A DNA stretch of 64,000 bases from a virus, in IMG/VR virus record IMGVR_UViG_3300029286_002355, positions 122,120 through 186,119 of that record; one strand, 5' to 3'. The notes under the pieces were generated by a model. The model did not search any database. It worked only from the letters and a program-made list of their open reading frames with translations, and was not told where the DNA came from. The position numbers and the translations under genes were made by a program. Shown piece by piece: positions 45,905 to 54,811 of this stretch. Each line of letters begins with the position of its first letter. The first letter of the stretch is position 1.

Positions 45905-46584
45905 AATTTCATTCCGCCGGGGAGATTCTTTCTAATTCCTTCTATAGAACAATGTTTCCGCATTTCTTCAATTTGTTCAATACTCTTGTCGTCCCAACTA
46001 TTAATTTGTAGGAAAATTTCTTGTATAACAGATTTAATTATTTCCTCTTCTTTATAAGTTGAAATTCTATAGTGGGTATGAAGAAAAACAAACCATCCGT
46101 TAATTTTATTTTTCCACATAAGTTTCTTAAAGGTTCTTGATAACTTATATTTGTTAGATAGTCCAACTAGCATTTCGGTGAATTTAGTATTCCATCGATC
46201 ATATCTATCCAGACCAACATCTAAATTAATACCTATAGTCCCTGTATTAACTTCATTTACTTCTACCCCATCCGATCCATAAATGTCTATTTCAGGAGCT
46301 TCTATTTCTTTATCATTTTCCCAAACCCTCTTAATAGCTTTAGGTCTGTCAACATCAATAGTCTCAGCACCATCTAACATCTCAGCCAGAGCCATTTGCT
46401 TAATCAACTCAGGCGTTAGCTCAACAGGCTTAAATACTACTTTCTTGGGTGCCTCAACATCCTTGGCTTGATCAGGTATTAATCTTGCAATACCAACATC
46501 TAAAATACCATCCTGTAGTATCTTATTTGGGTTATTATCTATGATTATAGTTTTAGCTTCCGCCTTCTTCGCTTCATCACTCAT
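45871..46584 (-). CDS. Hypothetical protein
   Basis: AAGGAG RBS. Confidence 0.6.
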   Translation of the reverse strand: MSDEAKKAEAKTIIIDNNPNKILQDGILDVGIARLIPDQAKDVEAPKKVVFKPVELTPELIKQMALAEMLDGAETIDVDRPKAIKRVWENDKEIEAPEIDIYGSDGVEVNEVNTGTIGINLDVGLDRYDRWNTKFTEMLVGLSNKYKLSRTFKKLMWKNKINGWFVFLHTHYRISTYKEEEIIKSVIQEIFLQINSWDDKSIEQIEEMRKHCSIEGIRKNLPGGMKLWGFNSVGITG

Positions 46585-46594
46585 CTTTATCTCC

Positions 46595-47146
46595 TTATAC
46601 TTCCAAATCTTTTATGGTTCCATTACCTGTTGCATTTACCACTTCTTCCTTGAGTTTAATCACTTCTTTATTGGCTTTCGCTATCTTCTTAATAAGCCTT
46701 TGTTTCTTCTTCCCCAATAAAACATGTTCTTTAGCTAACGCTTCTATTTCGTTTTTAAATGTGTTACAACCATCTTCCATTTTTATTTTTTCGTTTTCTA
46801 AACAAAGAAGCTCATTTTTAATTTTGTTCATTTCTCGCACTAAAACTCCATTCTCATCGTTTAAAATTTCCTTGATGGCTTTTTGGCGAATAGCTAATTC
46901 TATGTCGCATTGTGCATTTTTAAATTCGTTTATTTGTCTTAGTTTCTCAGCGTGAATTTGAGAAAAAATCATTTTTGGGGTTTCGGTATCTTCGGCAAAA
47001 GCACCATCAGGATAACCTTTAGTAGACCATGAGGAATTTGAAAGTAATTCTTTTAATTTAGCTGCTTCTGTTGTTGTAAATCCGTATAACTTGTTTGAAG
47101 TTTTTTTAGACTTAGGCTTGGGCTTGCCAGATGTCCGTTTTAACAT
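46595..47146 (-). CDS. Hypothetical coiled-coil protein (ends TIKDLEV)
   Basis: GGGAG RBS, promoter at 47186-47193. Confidence 0.6.
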   Translation of the reverse strand: MLKRTSGKPKPKSKKTSNKLYGFTTTEAAKLKELLSNSSWSTKGYPDGAFAEDTETPKMIFSQIHAEKLRQINEFKNAQCDIELAIRQKAIKEILNDENGVLVREMNKIKNELLCLENEKIKMEDGCNTFKNEIEALAKEHVLLGKKKQRLIKKIAKANKEVIKLKEEVVNATGNGTIKDLEV

Positions 47147-47216
47147 AATTTCTCCCGTATTTAAATATTCTTAGGAACCATTACCATTATACAGAAAAAA
47201 TGTATTTCTGGTGATT

Positions 47217-47618
47217 TTAGAACAACTTGGTTATAGGTTTTGGAGGATCGTCCCTATGTAGCTGCAAAAGCTTTTGATTTTGAATTTCTCTATCGATTTT
47301 AGCTAAACGTACTGCCTCTGATATTTGTTGTTCCGCTTTTCTTTCCGCATAAGCTTTCCATCTCGGAGATTTGTCATAAATACAGCACAAAATATATTCA
47401 ACAAAAGATAAAGACCATACAAATAAAAGCGGATATGCATACAAAATTCCAAAAAATATCCACGCTATAATGGAAATCGCAACAAAAAACCTATAAGGAT
47501 AGACGAGAAAGAAAATGGGTAGTTCGCCATAATAATCGTGCTTTTCTTTCTCTTTAAACGGAACCATCCATAACATATTTCTTAAGAATGTAATGAAATT
47601 CATAAATCCTCTATACAA
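47217..47618 (-). CDS. Hypothetical membrane protein
   Basis: Two hydrophobic stretches; ends PKPITKLF. Confidence 0.55.
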   Translation of the reverse strand: MYRGFMNFITFLRNMLWMVPFKEKEKHDYYGELPIFFLVYPYRFFVAISIIAWIFFGILYAYPLLFVWSLSFVEYILCCIYDKSPRWKAYAERKAEQQISEAVRLAKIDREIQNQKLLQLHRDDPPKPITKLF

Positions 47619-47630
47619 AAATGTGTTTTG

Positions 47631-47831
47631 TTAATCCTTAAACTCTATATTAAGATAGGGGCAAGCAACAAGATCAGCCTCAAGTTTTGATCCCACCTCA
47701 ACATTGTCCCATGTTATATTAATACATTTAACTCTGGTTTTAAGGGTATCGTCATTTAATATTCTGTCTTTAATGGTTTCGCAAATTATCGCTAACTTAT
47801 CTGTTGATTTTGATGTGCATGTTGTTGCCAT
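47631..47831 (-). CDS. Hypothetical protein
   Basis: AAGGAG RBS, promoter at 47887-47894. Confidence 0.55.
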   Translation of the reverse strand: MATTCTSKSTDKLAIICETIKDRILNDDTLKTRVKCINITWDNVEVGSKLEADLVACPYLNIEFKD

Positions 47832-47906
47832 TGTTTCTCCTTTATTTTACTTTGAAAGAGGGTTTTAACCAAGTTTCTTTGAAGATATTATACAAGAATT
47901 TTACTT

Positions 47907-48323
47907 ATGAAAATATATAGAAAAGCAGAGCTAACTTTTACCAACTCAGACATACAAGCTATGTTCCAAAATACGAGCGATGCCAGTAGACAACAAGTTC
48001 GCCTATTAGCCCAACAATATATCAGTAATGTAAAAAATGCCCTAACCACCATGGGAGAATTAGAAACAAAAATGGCCCAAATAGAAAAATTATTGGAAAT
48101 ACAAATATCCACGCCAATAAGACAAGTCATTAGACAAGCTTTTTCCAAATCTAAAGCCTATGAACTATTAGCGGGAGCCAAATATGCCCCTGAAAATCCA
48201 GATGCCCTACTCTTTAACGCAGGGAATATATCTCAAGTAGAAACTAGAATAACCAATGATGTAGGACAGGCACAAGCAGGACAAGGACAGGGAAAATTTG
48301 TAGGAACTCAACCCACTGTATAA
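47907..48323 (+). CDS. Hypothetical Gln-rich protein (opposite strand)
   Basis: 138-aa ORF filling a gap with no credible minus-strand gene; convergent with 48325..48924. Confidence 0.55.
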   Translation: MKIYRKAELTFTNSDIQAMFQNTSDASRQQVRLLAQQYISNVKNALTTMGELETKMAQIEKLLEIQISTPIRQVIRQAFSKSKAYELLAGAKYAPENPDALLFNAGNISQVETRITNDVGQAQAGQGQGKFVGTQPTV

Positions 48324-48324
48324 A

Positions 48325-48924
48325 TTATTTCGTTCCTACAAAATCTACATGCAAAACCTTATTATCCTTATCAAAGAAATCAAATCCTCTCAACTCGCCT
48401 TCTTTAACGGTTTTACATTCCTCTTTCAAGAATTCCGTGGTTAATTTTATGTCCTTAGCGTCTTCTGACATGAAAAAAATCTTCCTTCTAGGATCATTCC
48501 AATTAATAAAACAATCTCTATATAATGGGTTATGCCCCAAAGTATCAATCGGAATCAACCAATAATGACCAAACTCATGTTTTTCAACCTCATACCAAAT
48601 ATCATCCATGTTCTCAGGATTACAACCGAATTCTATTTTAGATCCGCTACACATGCCTCCAATATATTGTCCCGGCCATCTAGGATCTTGCCATACCCAC
48701 ATATTGCCAATTTTCTTTTCCCCCACATGCTTTGAAATAGAACAACTATATTCTTTGCCCACCTTTGTCCCTTTGCTTTCAATTGCCCCCTTAGCATCTC
48801 CTTGCGCTTGTTTGCATTCCGCCTTAATATCACTTGGACATCGAAATGAAGGGCCAAATATTGAAGCGCAACCCGTAAAAGAAACCATCATACACAACAT
48901 TAGCAACATAACTAGTATTTTCAT
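48325..48924 (-). CDS. Putative lipoprotein zinc metalloprotease
   Basis: Signal peptide/lipobox FTGC, HEFGH zinc motif. Confidence 0.65.
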   Translation of the reverse strand: MKILVMLLMLCMMVSFTGCASIFGPSFRCPSDIKAECKQAQGDAKGAIESKGTKVGKEYSCSISKHVGEKKIGNMWVWQDPRWPGQYIGGMCSGSKIEFGCNPENMDDIWYEVEKHEFGHYWLIPIDTLGHNPLYRDCFINWNDPRRKIFFMSEDAKDIKLTTEFLKEECKTVKEGELRGFDFFDKDNKVLHVDFVGTK

Positions 48925-48947
48925 TTATCTCCTTATTTCATTAAAAT

Positions 48948-49024
48948 TGGAGCGACGGACCGGGCTTGAACCGGCGAACCTGAATCTTGGCAAGATCCCG
49001 CTCTACCAACTGAGCTACCGCCGC
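48948..49024 (-). tRNA. tRNA-Gly(GCC)
   Basis: GCGGCGG/CCGUCGC-UCCA, AGUUGGUA D-loop, UU-GCC-AA, UUCAAGC. Confidence 0.92.
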
Positions 49025-49094
49025 AAAATCGGGATAGGTTTCTGAAGGCTTACTATGAGCGTCCCCATATGCTTTTCCAGCCCACATCCCGACA

Positions 49095-49622
49095 TTATTT
49101 CCTGTAAACAACCAAAACATTATCCCTCTTCTCCCGCAACGATCTCATATCAATAACTTTTGCACTTTTATCCAATGCTCTCAATGGCCCAAAATTCCCA
49201 TCTAATATATCCTCGATAACATAAACCCCACCTTTTTTAAGCCTAGGATACAAAATATTAAACGATGCAATCTGTTGTCTTAAAACATGCGAAGCGTCAT
49301 CTATAATTATATCAAACTCTGTCCCTCTAAATTCGCCATCTAAAACCTTATGGTCAGAACAATTCAATCGATAATATTTTATATTGGGAATTTCACATAT
49401 TCTTGCCGGTTTTTCAATGATATCAACCCCATGAATAGCCGCATTGACAAGGTAATCGTTCCATAATAATAACGATCCGCCCAAATGCACTCCTAATTCA
49501 AGTAATACTGCATTCTTCCCAACAAACGGGGACAATAATTCCTCATAAGTTTCCAAGTAAGAATGTGTACTACCTTTATCAGTAAGAGTTATGTATTTTT
49601 CGTAAATTTCTTTTAGTGACAT
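49095..49622 (-). CDS. Class I SAM-dependent methyltransferase
   Basis: LLELGV..GGS, GVDI, FDIIIDDASH, LKKGGVYVIED. Confidence 0.8.
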   Translation of the reverse strand: MSLKEIYEKYITLTDKGSTHSYLETYEELLSPFVGKNAVLLELGVHLGGSLLLWNDYLVNAAIHGVDIIEKPARICEIPNIKYYRLNCSDHKVLDGEFRGTEFDIIIDDASHVLRQQIASFNILYPRLKKGGVYVIEDILDGNFGPLRALDKSAKVIDMRSLREKRDNVLVVYRK

Positions 49623-50047
49623 TATGCAAGTATTTTCTTGATGTCTTCCAATTCCATTTCTGTTCTAGCTTCTTCGCTTACCAAACCGCCGAGCCTCTTC
49701 TTGGTTTCGTCTAATTTCTTCTTTCTATTATCCCATTCAATCATTTTGATCCTCAACTGGAAATCTTCTTCCCATTCTTTTAGTGTATATCCTTCCCACC
49801 TGAATTCCGACTGAATCCCCAATCTCTTACAAGCTTTTTGAAACGCTTCTTCTTGGTAAATCAAAAAACCTAGAGCACCCGCCAATGAATAGAAATCTGT
49901 AACCGTATTGATATTAAACCAATTGTTACTATCTTTCTTAAAGATACCATTCGTTTGCCAAGCAACTTTTTCCTTCTTTCCCAGTCCCGCTTTCTGCTCT
50001 TCTACCTTTTCAAGTAACTCTTTAATCAACCCATCATTTTTACTCAT
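49622..50047 (-). CDS. Hypothetical protein
   Basis: Coupled ORF. Confidence 0.6.
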   Translation of the reverse strand: MSKNDGLIKELLEKVEEQKAGLGKKEKVAWQTNGIFKKDSNNWFNINTVTDFYSLAGALGFLIYQEEAFQKACKRLGIQSEFRWEGYTLKEWEEDFQLRIKMIEWDNRKKKLDETKKRLGGLVSEEARTEMELEDIKKILA

Positions 50048-51192
50048 GTTTCTCCTCCTACTTTATATTTAGCACCGTTTTCACATTCGATATACAAATC
50101 TTTAACTAACGCCTTTACTTCTGTTACCGTCAATCCTTCCTTATAAAACCCATATTTTATGCGAGTATCATAAGGCTGGTCACGTGGCGCACATAGCGAT
50201 TCTCTATATTCCCCATTCTTTATTTCTGCAAATTTTTCACATGTAATTTCATATTTTTGTTCCTTCTGCTTTTCCCGATCCCAATAACTACTATTTCGGT
50301 CATACCATTCCCTAACATTACCAATATAATATTTGTCATTTAAGAAGATACAAATTGAATTCCAATACCAATAATGTTCTCCTGTCCCCAACTTAATCTT
50401 GGAATCTTCGAGAGTCAATCTTACAGGTTCAGAAACATATCTTGACTTAATTAGCTTCTCAAACTCATCGGCATATGAAGGAATTGGCTTATCGCTAGTT
50501 CTAGCTGCTAACTTGGTAAAACCACCTTGAAGCCAATATCTCTGCCTGCCTTTTTTCTTATCATCTAGGTATACAAAAACATGCTCCTTCTTTCCAATAA
50601 TAGCCTTATTCCAATTGTAGGATCTTATGCTCTTTTCGTCAAACCAAGTATGTCTTCCCAAATACATTACTTCTTCTTTATCCTTGGTCAAATAAGTGCA
50701 TCCAGCTTCTACGTCCTTAGCAGAAATTTTCTTAAGCTGTAATTCGCAATGTTCAACTGATTGTTTATACTCAGGGCAATCAAAGGGAAGCAATACCAAC
50801 TCTGTCCCATTCCATGCATAAACAAATTCGCCCTCAAGTCCTTTACCTTTAATAGCTGAACACTCTTGAAGAATGAATAATAGATTGGCTACAGAAATTT
50901 CAAATTCAAAACAACGTTTGTCGTACACTCTAATATACTCGTTACGAGCATTCCACCCATAGCTTTGCCTAGCTCCACCCACTCCACGGTTTAGAACAAA
51001 CCCATCGGTAGGTTCATTTTTAAATTCTTGGGGTTCTATTTTTTTATCTCTCCACGATTCCCATGAAGCTTCTTTCCTTAAGACTCCTTTTGAGTCTATA
51101 TAGATCACATATGCCAGTTTACCAGTATATGTATCGCTTCTATTTTGAAATCCCACTTTAATAGTTTTTGGTATGGTCAGTTGATTATTCAT
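50044..51192 (-). CDS. Conserved hypothetical phage protein
   Basis: IP..IKVGFQ.R.DTYTGKLAYVIY.D.KG.LRKE.SW..WRD pattern; AGGAG RBS, promoter at 51223-51230. Confidence 0.7.
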   Translation of the reverse strand: MNNQLTIPKTIKVGFQNRSDTYTGKLAYVIYIDSKGVLRKEASWESWRDKKIEPQEFKNEPTDGFVLNRGVGGARQSYGWNARNEYIRVYDKRCFEFEISVANLLFILQECSAIKGKGLEGEFVYAWNGTELVLLPFDCPEYKQSVEHCELQLKKISAKDVEAGCTYLTKDKEEVMYLGRHTWFDEKSIRSYNWNKAIIGKKEHVFVYLDDKKKGRQRYWLQGGFTKLAARTSDKPIPSYADEFEKLIKSRYVSEPVRLTLEDSKIKLGTGEHYWYWNSICIFLNDKYYIGNVREWYDRNSSYWDREKQKEQKYEITCEKFAEIKNGEYRESLCAPRDQPYDTRIKYGFYKEGLTVTEVKALVKDLYIECENGAKYKVGGET

Positions 51193-51251
51193 AACTTCTC
51201 CTATGTTAACATTTCTTCAGTAATTATACATTTTTATTTAGTTTTCAAAAA

Positions 51252-52211
51252 CTATTTCAATCCATATCTTTTAGCCCACCACTTAATAGTATTAGATGAA
51301 AGACTTAACTCTCGTCCAATCTGGGAGTAATTTTTAGTACTTAAAAGTATAGCAAGGTCTTCCTTAGACATATTAAATTTTGTTTTCTTTTTAATTTCAT
51401 GTTTTAAAATACATACGTCACAATAGTTTCCTTTTTTTATTTTGTATTGTCCTACTGCTATAAATTCTTCCCCGCAGCGCAAACATTTTTTTGTTTTCTC
51501 TGGCAATGTAATTCTAACACGGTCAACACCCATTATCGATAGGACAGTACTAACTGTTGATGAAGCTAACCCCATTTTTTTACATATTTCAACATTTGTT
51601 AAGCCTTTTTTATTTAGGGCAACAATGTCATTCCTGTTAAATTGTTTATATTCGTCCATGTCCTCAGATTTTCTATATATCTCATCTTTGAACTTATTAA
51701 ACCTTTTCTGATCAAAATGCTCTGAAATATGACAGTTTCTACAAATAACATCACATTTTTCCAATTCTTTTCCAATTTTATCACTAAGAGTGGTTAAAAA
51801 CTTATAAGCATTACCCAAAGAAAAATCTTTGTCTTCAGAATCCCTATGGTGAAAATCTAGACAAGAATAGCTTTTATCATATCCGCACTTTTGGCATGAA
51901 AATACATTTTTTATCTCTAGAAATTTGTATTTAATTTTTTTACATACCGTTTTCGGGTTGGTTTCTGCATCATGTAACTCGCCATGGCAATTTTTACACA
52001 ATAAGACACATTTTTTGACCTCTTTTTCTATCTTTGACCATCTTGAGGAAATAATTGCATAAATATCAAAAGACTTATTTTTATTATGGTGAAAATCTAA
52101 ACACAAAATATTACTATTACCACATCGGGAACACTTACCACCCAATAAACTAACTGCTCTGACTTTTCTTGACCACTTCCTAATATATACATCATCTTTT
52201 TTCATTTTCAA
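51252..52211 (-). CDS. Tandem-HNH endonuclease with C-terminal HTH
   Basis: Two CxxCG...LDFHH...C..(L/I)C.NCH units; paralog of 54812..55783. Confidence 0.75.
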   Translation of the reverse strand: MKMKKDDVYIRKWSRKVRAVSLLGGKCSRCGNSNILCLDFHHNKNKSFDIYAIISSRWSKIEKEVKKCVLLCKNCHGELHDAETNPKTVCKKIKYKFLEIKNVFSCQKCGYDKSYSCLDFHHRDSEDKDFSLGNAYKFLTTLSDKIGKELEKCDVICRNCHISEHFDQKRFNKFKDEIYRKSEDMDEYKQFNRNDIVALNKKGLTNVEICKKMGLASSTVSTVLSIMGVDRVRITLPEKTKKCLRCGEEFIAVGQYKIKKGNYCDVCILKHEIKKKTKFNMSKEDLAILLSTKNYSQIGRELSLSSNTIKWWAKRYGLK

Positions 52212-52264
52212 AATTCCTTTTTCATATTATTCAATAAAAAATTTGAAATACCTTCTTTCAATTT

Positions 52265-52468
52265 TCAGAAAATTCTTCCCATAAAATACATTCTATGGTA
52301 TGGTTTACCGTATGAAACAATTTGATCACTAGAAATGGTTACGCCCTTGAGATCGCCATTTTGCTTGGCTATTTGTCCCCAATAAGGAAGCAGTAAATTT
52401 CTTATTCCCCATTGGATTTTATAGCAAACAAACATGATATACTTCAATATAGTTTCGATGATTTTCAT
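52265..52468 (-). CDS. Hypothetical protein
   Basis: Small ORF. Confidence 0.4.
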   Translation of the reverse strand: MKIIETILKYIMFVCYKIQWGIRNLLLPYWGQIAKQNGDLKGVTISSDQIVSYGKPYHRMYFMGRIF

Positions 52469-52490
52469 ACAATGATATAGAATACAAAGA

Positions 52491-52841
52491 TTATTTTGGC
52501 TTGGATTCCTCTATCCTCTTGACTTGATCTTCCCAAATTTCTACTTTGCCAGAATCTCTGAACGTTCCACAATTGCAATGCCCACAATATTTACACCCAA
52601 CAGGAGCCATATCTTCGTAAGTATCAAAATGCCTGTAATAAGTATGACCACATTCGCATAGTTTATTATCTCCAAAAGCAGGGTCGTAAGCCTTTTCACC
52701 CATTACGTCCACTTGCGCTATCAAAATCCTTACCGCTATCTTCAACTCGTCAATATTTGCTGTTTCAGAGTTCAGCATGGTTTCAAAAGCGTCATATTGT
52801 TCTTGTGTAATGTATTTATAATCGTATTTATAATCTTTCAT
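52491..52841 (-). CDS. Hypothetical zinc-finger protein
   Basis: CECGHTY.RHFD.YE...VGCKYCG.C.C..F. Confidence 0.65.
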   Translation of the reverse strand: MKDYKYDYKYITQEQYDAFETMLNSETANIDELKIAVRILIAQVDVMGEKAYDPAFGDNKLCECGHTYYRHFDTYEDMAPVGCKYCGHCNCGTFRDSGKVEIWEDQVKRIEESKPK

Positions 52842-52869
52842 ACTCTATCTTTTCTCTTTAATCATTTTC

Positions 52870-53055
52870 TTAAATTTTTTTATCTAAGAAATCAGCATAT
52901 TCTTTCGGCGTCATCCCCTTACACTTCGCAGCAAACAGGAAAAAGCAGCTATCTCTATACGTCTTATCTTTCCAATTCAAACTAAACTGACATAAACAGG
53001 ATGGGATTGGCTGTTCTTTGATGGCGTTCCACTCGTCAAGTAAAGCGTATTTCAT
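52870..53055 (-). CDS. Hypothetical protein
   Basis: ATGA coupling. Confidence 0.5.
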   Translation of the reverse strand: MKYALLDEWNAIKEQPIPSCLCQFSLNWKDKTYRDSCFFLFAAKCKGMTPKEYADFLDKKI

Positions 53056-53312
53056 AACCCTGCTCTCTTTTCAAAATCTTTCTTGAAAAAATCTTCCGTA
53101 TATTTATGGACAATCTTCTTTATTTCTTTGCTCAAATCTTTATTGGTTGTTTTCCCCGTAATCCCTCTCAACTTCATTACGTCTAAGGAATCTATATCAA
53201 GATCGAAGTGAATAGGTTCAGGACAACCCTTAACCGGCTCAATCATTGCGTTTGCTAAATCCGATTCCTTTCTAGATATTTTCTTCATTTTTCTCAATAT
53301 CCCTATAACCAT
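53052..53312 (-). CDS. Hypothetical protein
   Basis: Operon-oriented ORF; start probably MKKISR. Confidence 0.45.
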   Translation of the reverse strand: MVIGILRKMKKISRKESDLANAMIEPVKGCPEPIHFDLDIDSLDVMKLRGITGKTTNKDLSKEIKKIVHKYTEDFFKKDFEKRAGL

Positions 53313-53695
53313 CTAAATCATTACGATTATGCTCTACATCCTCACGAGTCCATGTTTCCAAAACAGATACGGGAATATCTTTCATTATACCCATCCATCT
53401 ATTTAACTCGCCCCCATGCATTCTCGATATCTGATCTAAGCCACAATGCTACTGGTAATAGTACACCCGACCTTTTAGCAGCTTCATGCCTATGAGTACC
53501 GGAAAGTAACTGAATCCTACCTTCTCGTGGATACCCTATTAATACAGACTTACTCTTATCAAAACCGTTAGATAAAAAAGCTGTGGTTAGCTCCGCAACC
53601 TTATCAAAATCATGCTTGGATGACATATCTAATCCATGAGGAGGATCGCAATCATTAGAACTAACCCACAACACTACACCACCATGAGATTCCAT
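53272..53695 (-). pseudogene. ParB/Srx-like protein, apparently frameshifted at a G5 run
   Basis: QLLSGTHR.EAA...G..LPV; removing one G at 53411-53415 extends AWG into ELNRWMGIMKDIPV...ENI*. Confidence 0.55.
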
Positions 53696-53783
53696 ATACC
53701 ACCTCGCTCAAAAATACCATATTTCAACATTAGTTTTCTCTTTGCGTTTTACTGTAATTTTCATAGACGTATTATACAAAAAA

Positions 53784-53858
53784 TGGAGCGAGAAAGGAGA
53801 ATTGAACTCCCGTAATTTTGCTTGGGAAGCAAACACCTAACCACTAGGTTATTCTCGC
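53784..53858 (-). tRNA. tRNA-Gly(CCC)
   Basis: GCGAGAA/UUCUCGC-UCCA, UU-CCC-AA, UUCAAUU. Confidence 0.92.
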
Positions 53859-53863
53859 AAAAG

Positions 53864-54382
53864 CTACTCTTGTCCCTTAAATGAAAGCCTAGAGTGTTCT
53901 GATGGCGACATAATTTTCAAATTTTCTGGACCATTATCCCATCTCTTACCGTTAATATGATGGATATGCTCGTCTTTTCTTAAATGCCTACCTATAACAC
54001 CCTCCATTATCAATCTATGCTCATACACATAACCCCACGTATTGGCTTCAGGATGCATAGGACAATAAACCCTAACATATCCAATCTTCTTGTCTAACTT
54101 TCTAGAAGCACTCTCTAAACATTCTGGTATAGACAAATATTTCTTTCTGGCAGCAGATGAACATTCAGGGGAACAATATTTATGTTCTCCACGAAAAGAA
54201 ATAAAATTACCCCCACAATGTTTACAAATAAAGTTACTGCCTTTTGCGTTACCGTTTCTACTTCCGAATCTAGCATATCGACGTTTGCCCTTTGCACTTA
54301 CATAACACTTTGATGAGCAATATATTTTCCCATGACTTTCTTTAAAGTTATTTTTACAATTTGGGCATGTTTTCATAACCAT
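53864..54382 (-). CDS. HNH endonuclease with N-terminal zinc-finger repeats
   Basis: CxxC...YCSxxC repeats; YEHRLIME...HIHHING..WDN..ENL. Confidence 0.8.
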   Translation of the reverse strand: MVMKTCPNCKNNFKESHGKIYCSSKCYVSAKGKRRYARFGSRNGNAKGSNFICKHCGGNFISFRGEHKYCSPECSSAARKKYLSIPECLESASRKLDKKIGYVRVYCPMHPEANTWGYVYEHRLIMEGVIGRHLRKDEHIHHINGKRWDNGPENLKIMSPSEHSRLSFKGQE

Positions 54383-54447
54383 ATCTCCTCTTTTGATATA
54401 GTTATTCCTACCATCTATTCCTACTACCTTCTTTTTATTTTAAAAAA

Positions 54448-54536
54448 TGGTGCGGCATATGAGATTCGAACTCATACGGTCTGTTTGGAAGACAGAAATG
54501 CTAGGCTTTCGCCGTTCCGTTAAACATCAATGCCGC
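54448..54536 (-). tRNA. tRNA-Gly(UCC), atypical: hairpin insertion in D-loop, A73
   Basis: GCGGCAU/AUGCCGC-ACCA, CU-UCC-AA, UUCGAAU; D-loop contains GGC-GAAA-GCC. Confidence 0.8.
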
Positions 54537-54538
54537 AT

Positions 54539-54610
54539 TGGACCCATAGGGAATTGAACCCTAATTCGAAGCTCGCAAAGCTCCTGTAATAGCCATTATA
54601 CTATGAGCCC
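54539..54610 (-). tRNA. tRNA-Ala(UGC), no encoded CCA
   Basis: GGGCUCA/UGGGUCC-A with G3.U70, UU-UGC-GA, UUCAAUU; 2 nt from the next tRNA. Confidence 0.88.
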
Positions 54611-54620
54611 CTACTTAAAA

Positions 54621-54695
54621 TGGTAGGCGGTGAGGGTAACGCTCCCCCTTCACGTGCTTATAAGACACGGGTAATTACTTTTATACGAACCGCCC
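54621..54695 (-). tRNA. tRNA-Ile(UAU)
   Basis: GGGCGGU/ACCGCCU-ACCA, CU-UAU-AA; non-canonical T-loop AGCGUUA. Confidence 0.82.
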
Positions 54696-54705
54696 ATACT
54701 AAAAA

Positions 54706-54781
54706 TGGTGGAAGCGGGGATGCTTGAAATCCCACGAACCTGATTGCAGGTCAGGTGCTCTGCCTCTTAAGCTACGCCCCC
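54706..54781 (-). tRNA. tRNA-Ala(UGC) with C33
   Basis: GGGGGCG/CGCUUCC-ACCA with G3.U70, anticodon loop CC-UGC-AA. Confidence 0.85.
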
Positions 54782-54811
54782 ATTTAAACTAATTTTTCAA
54801 AGAGCTTTTCG

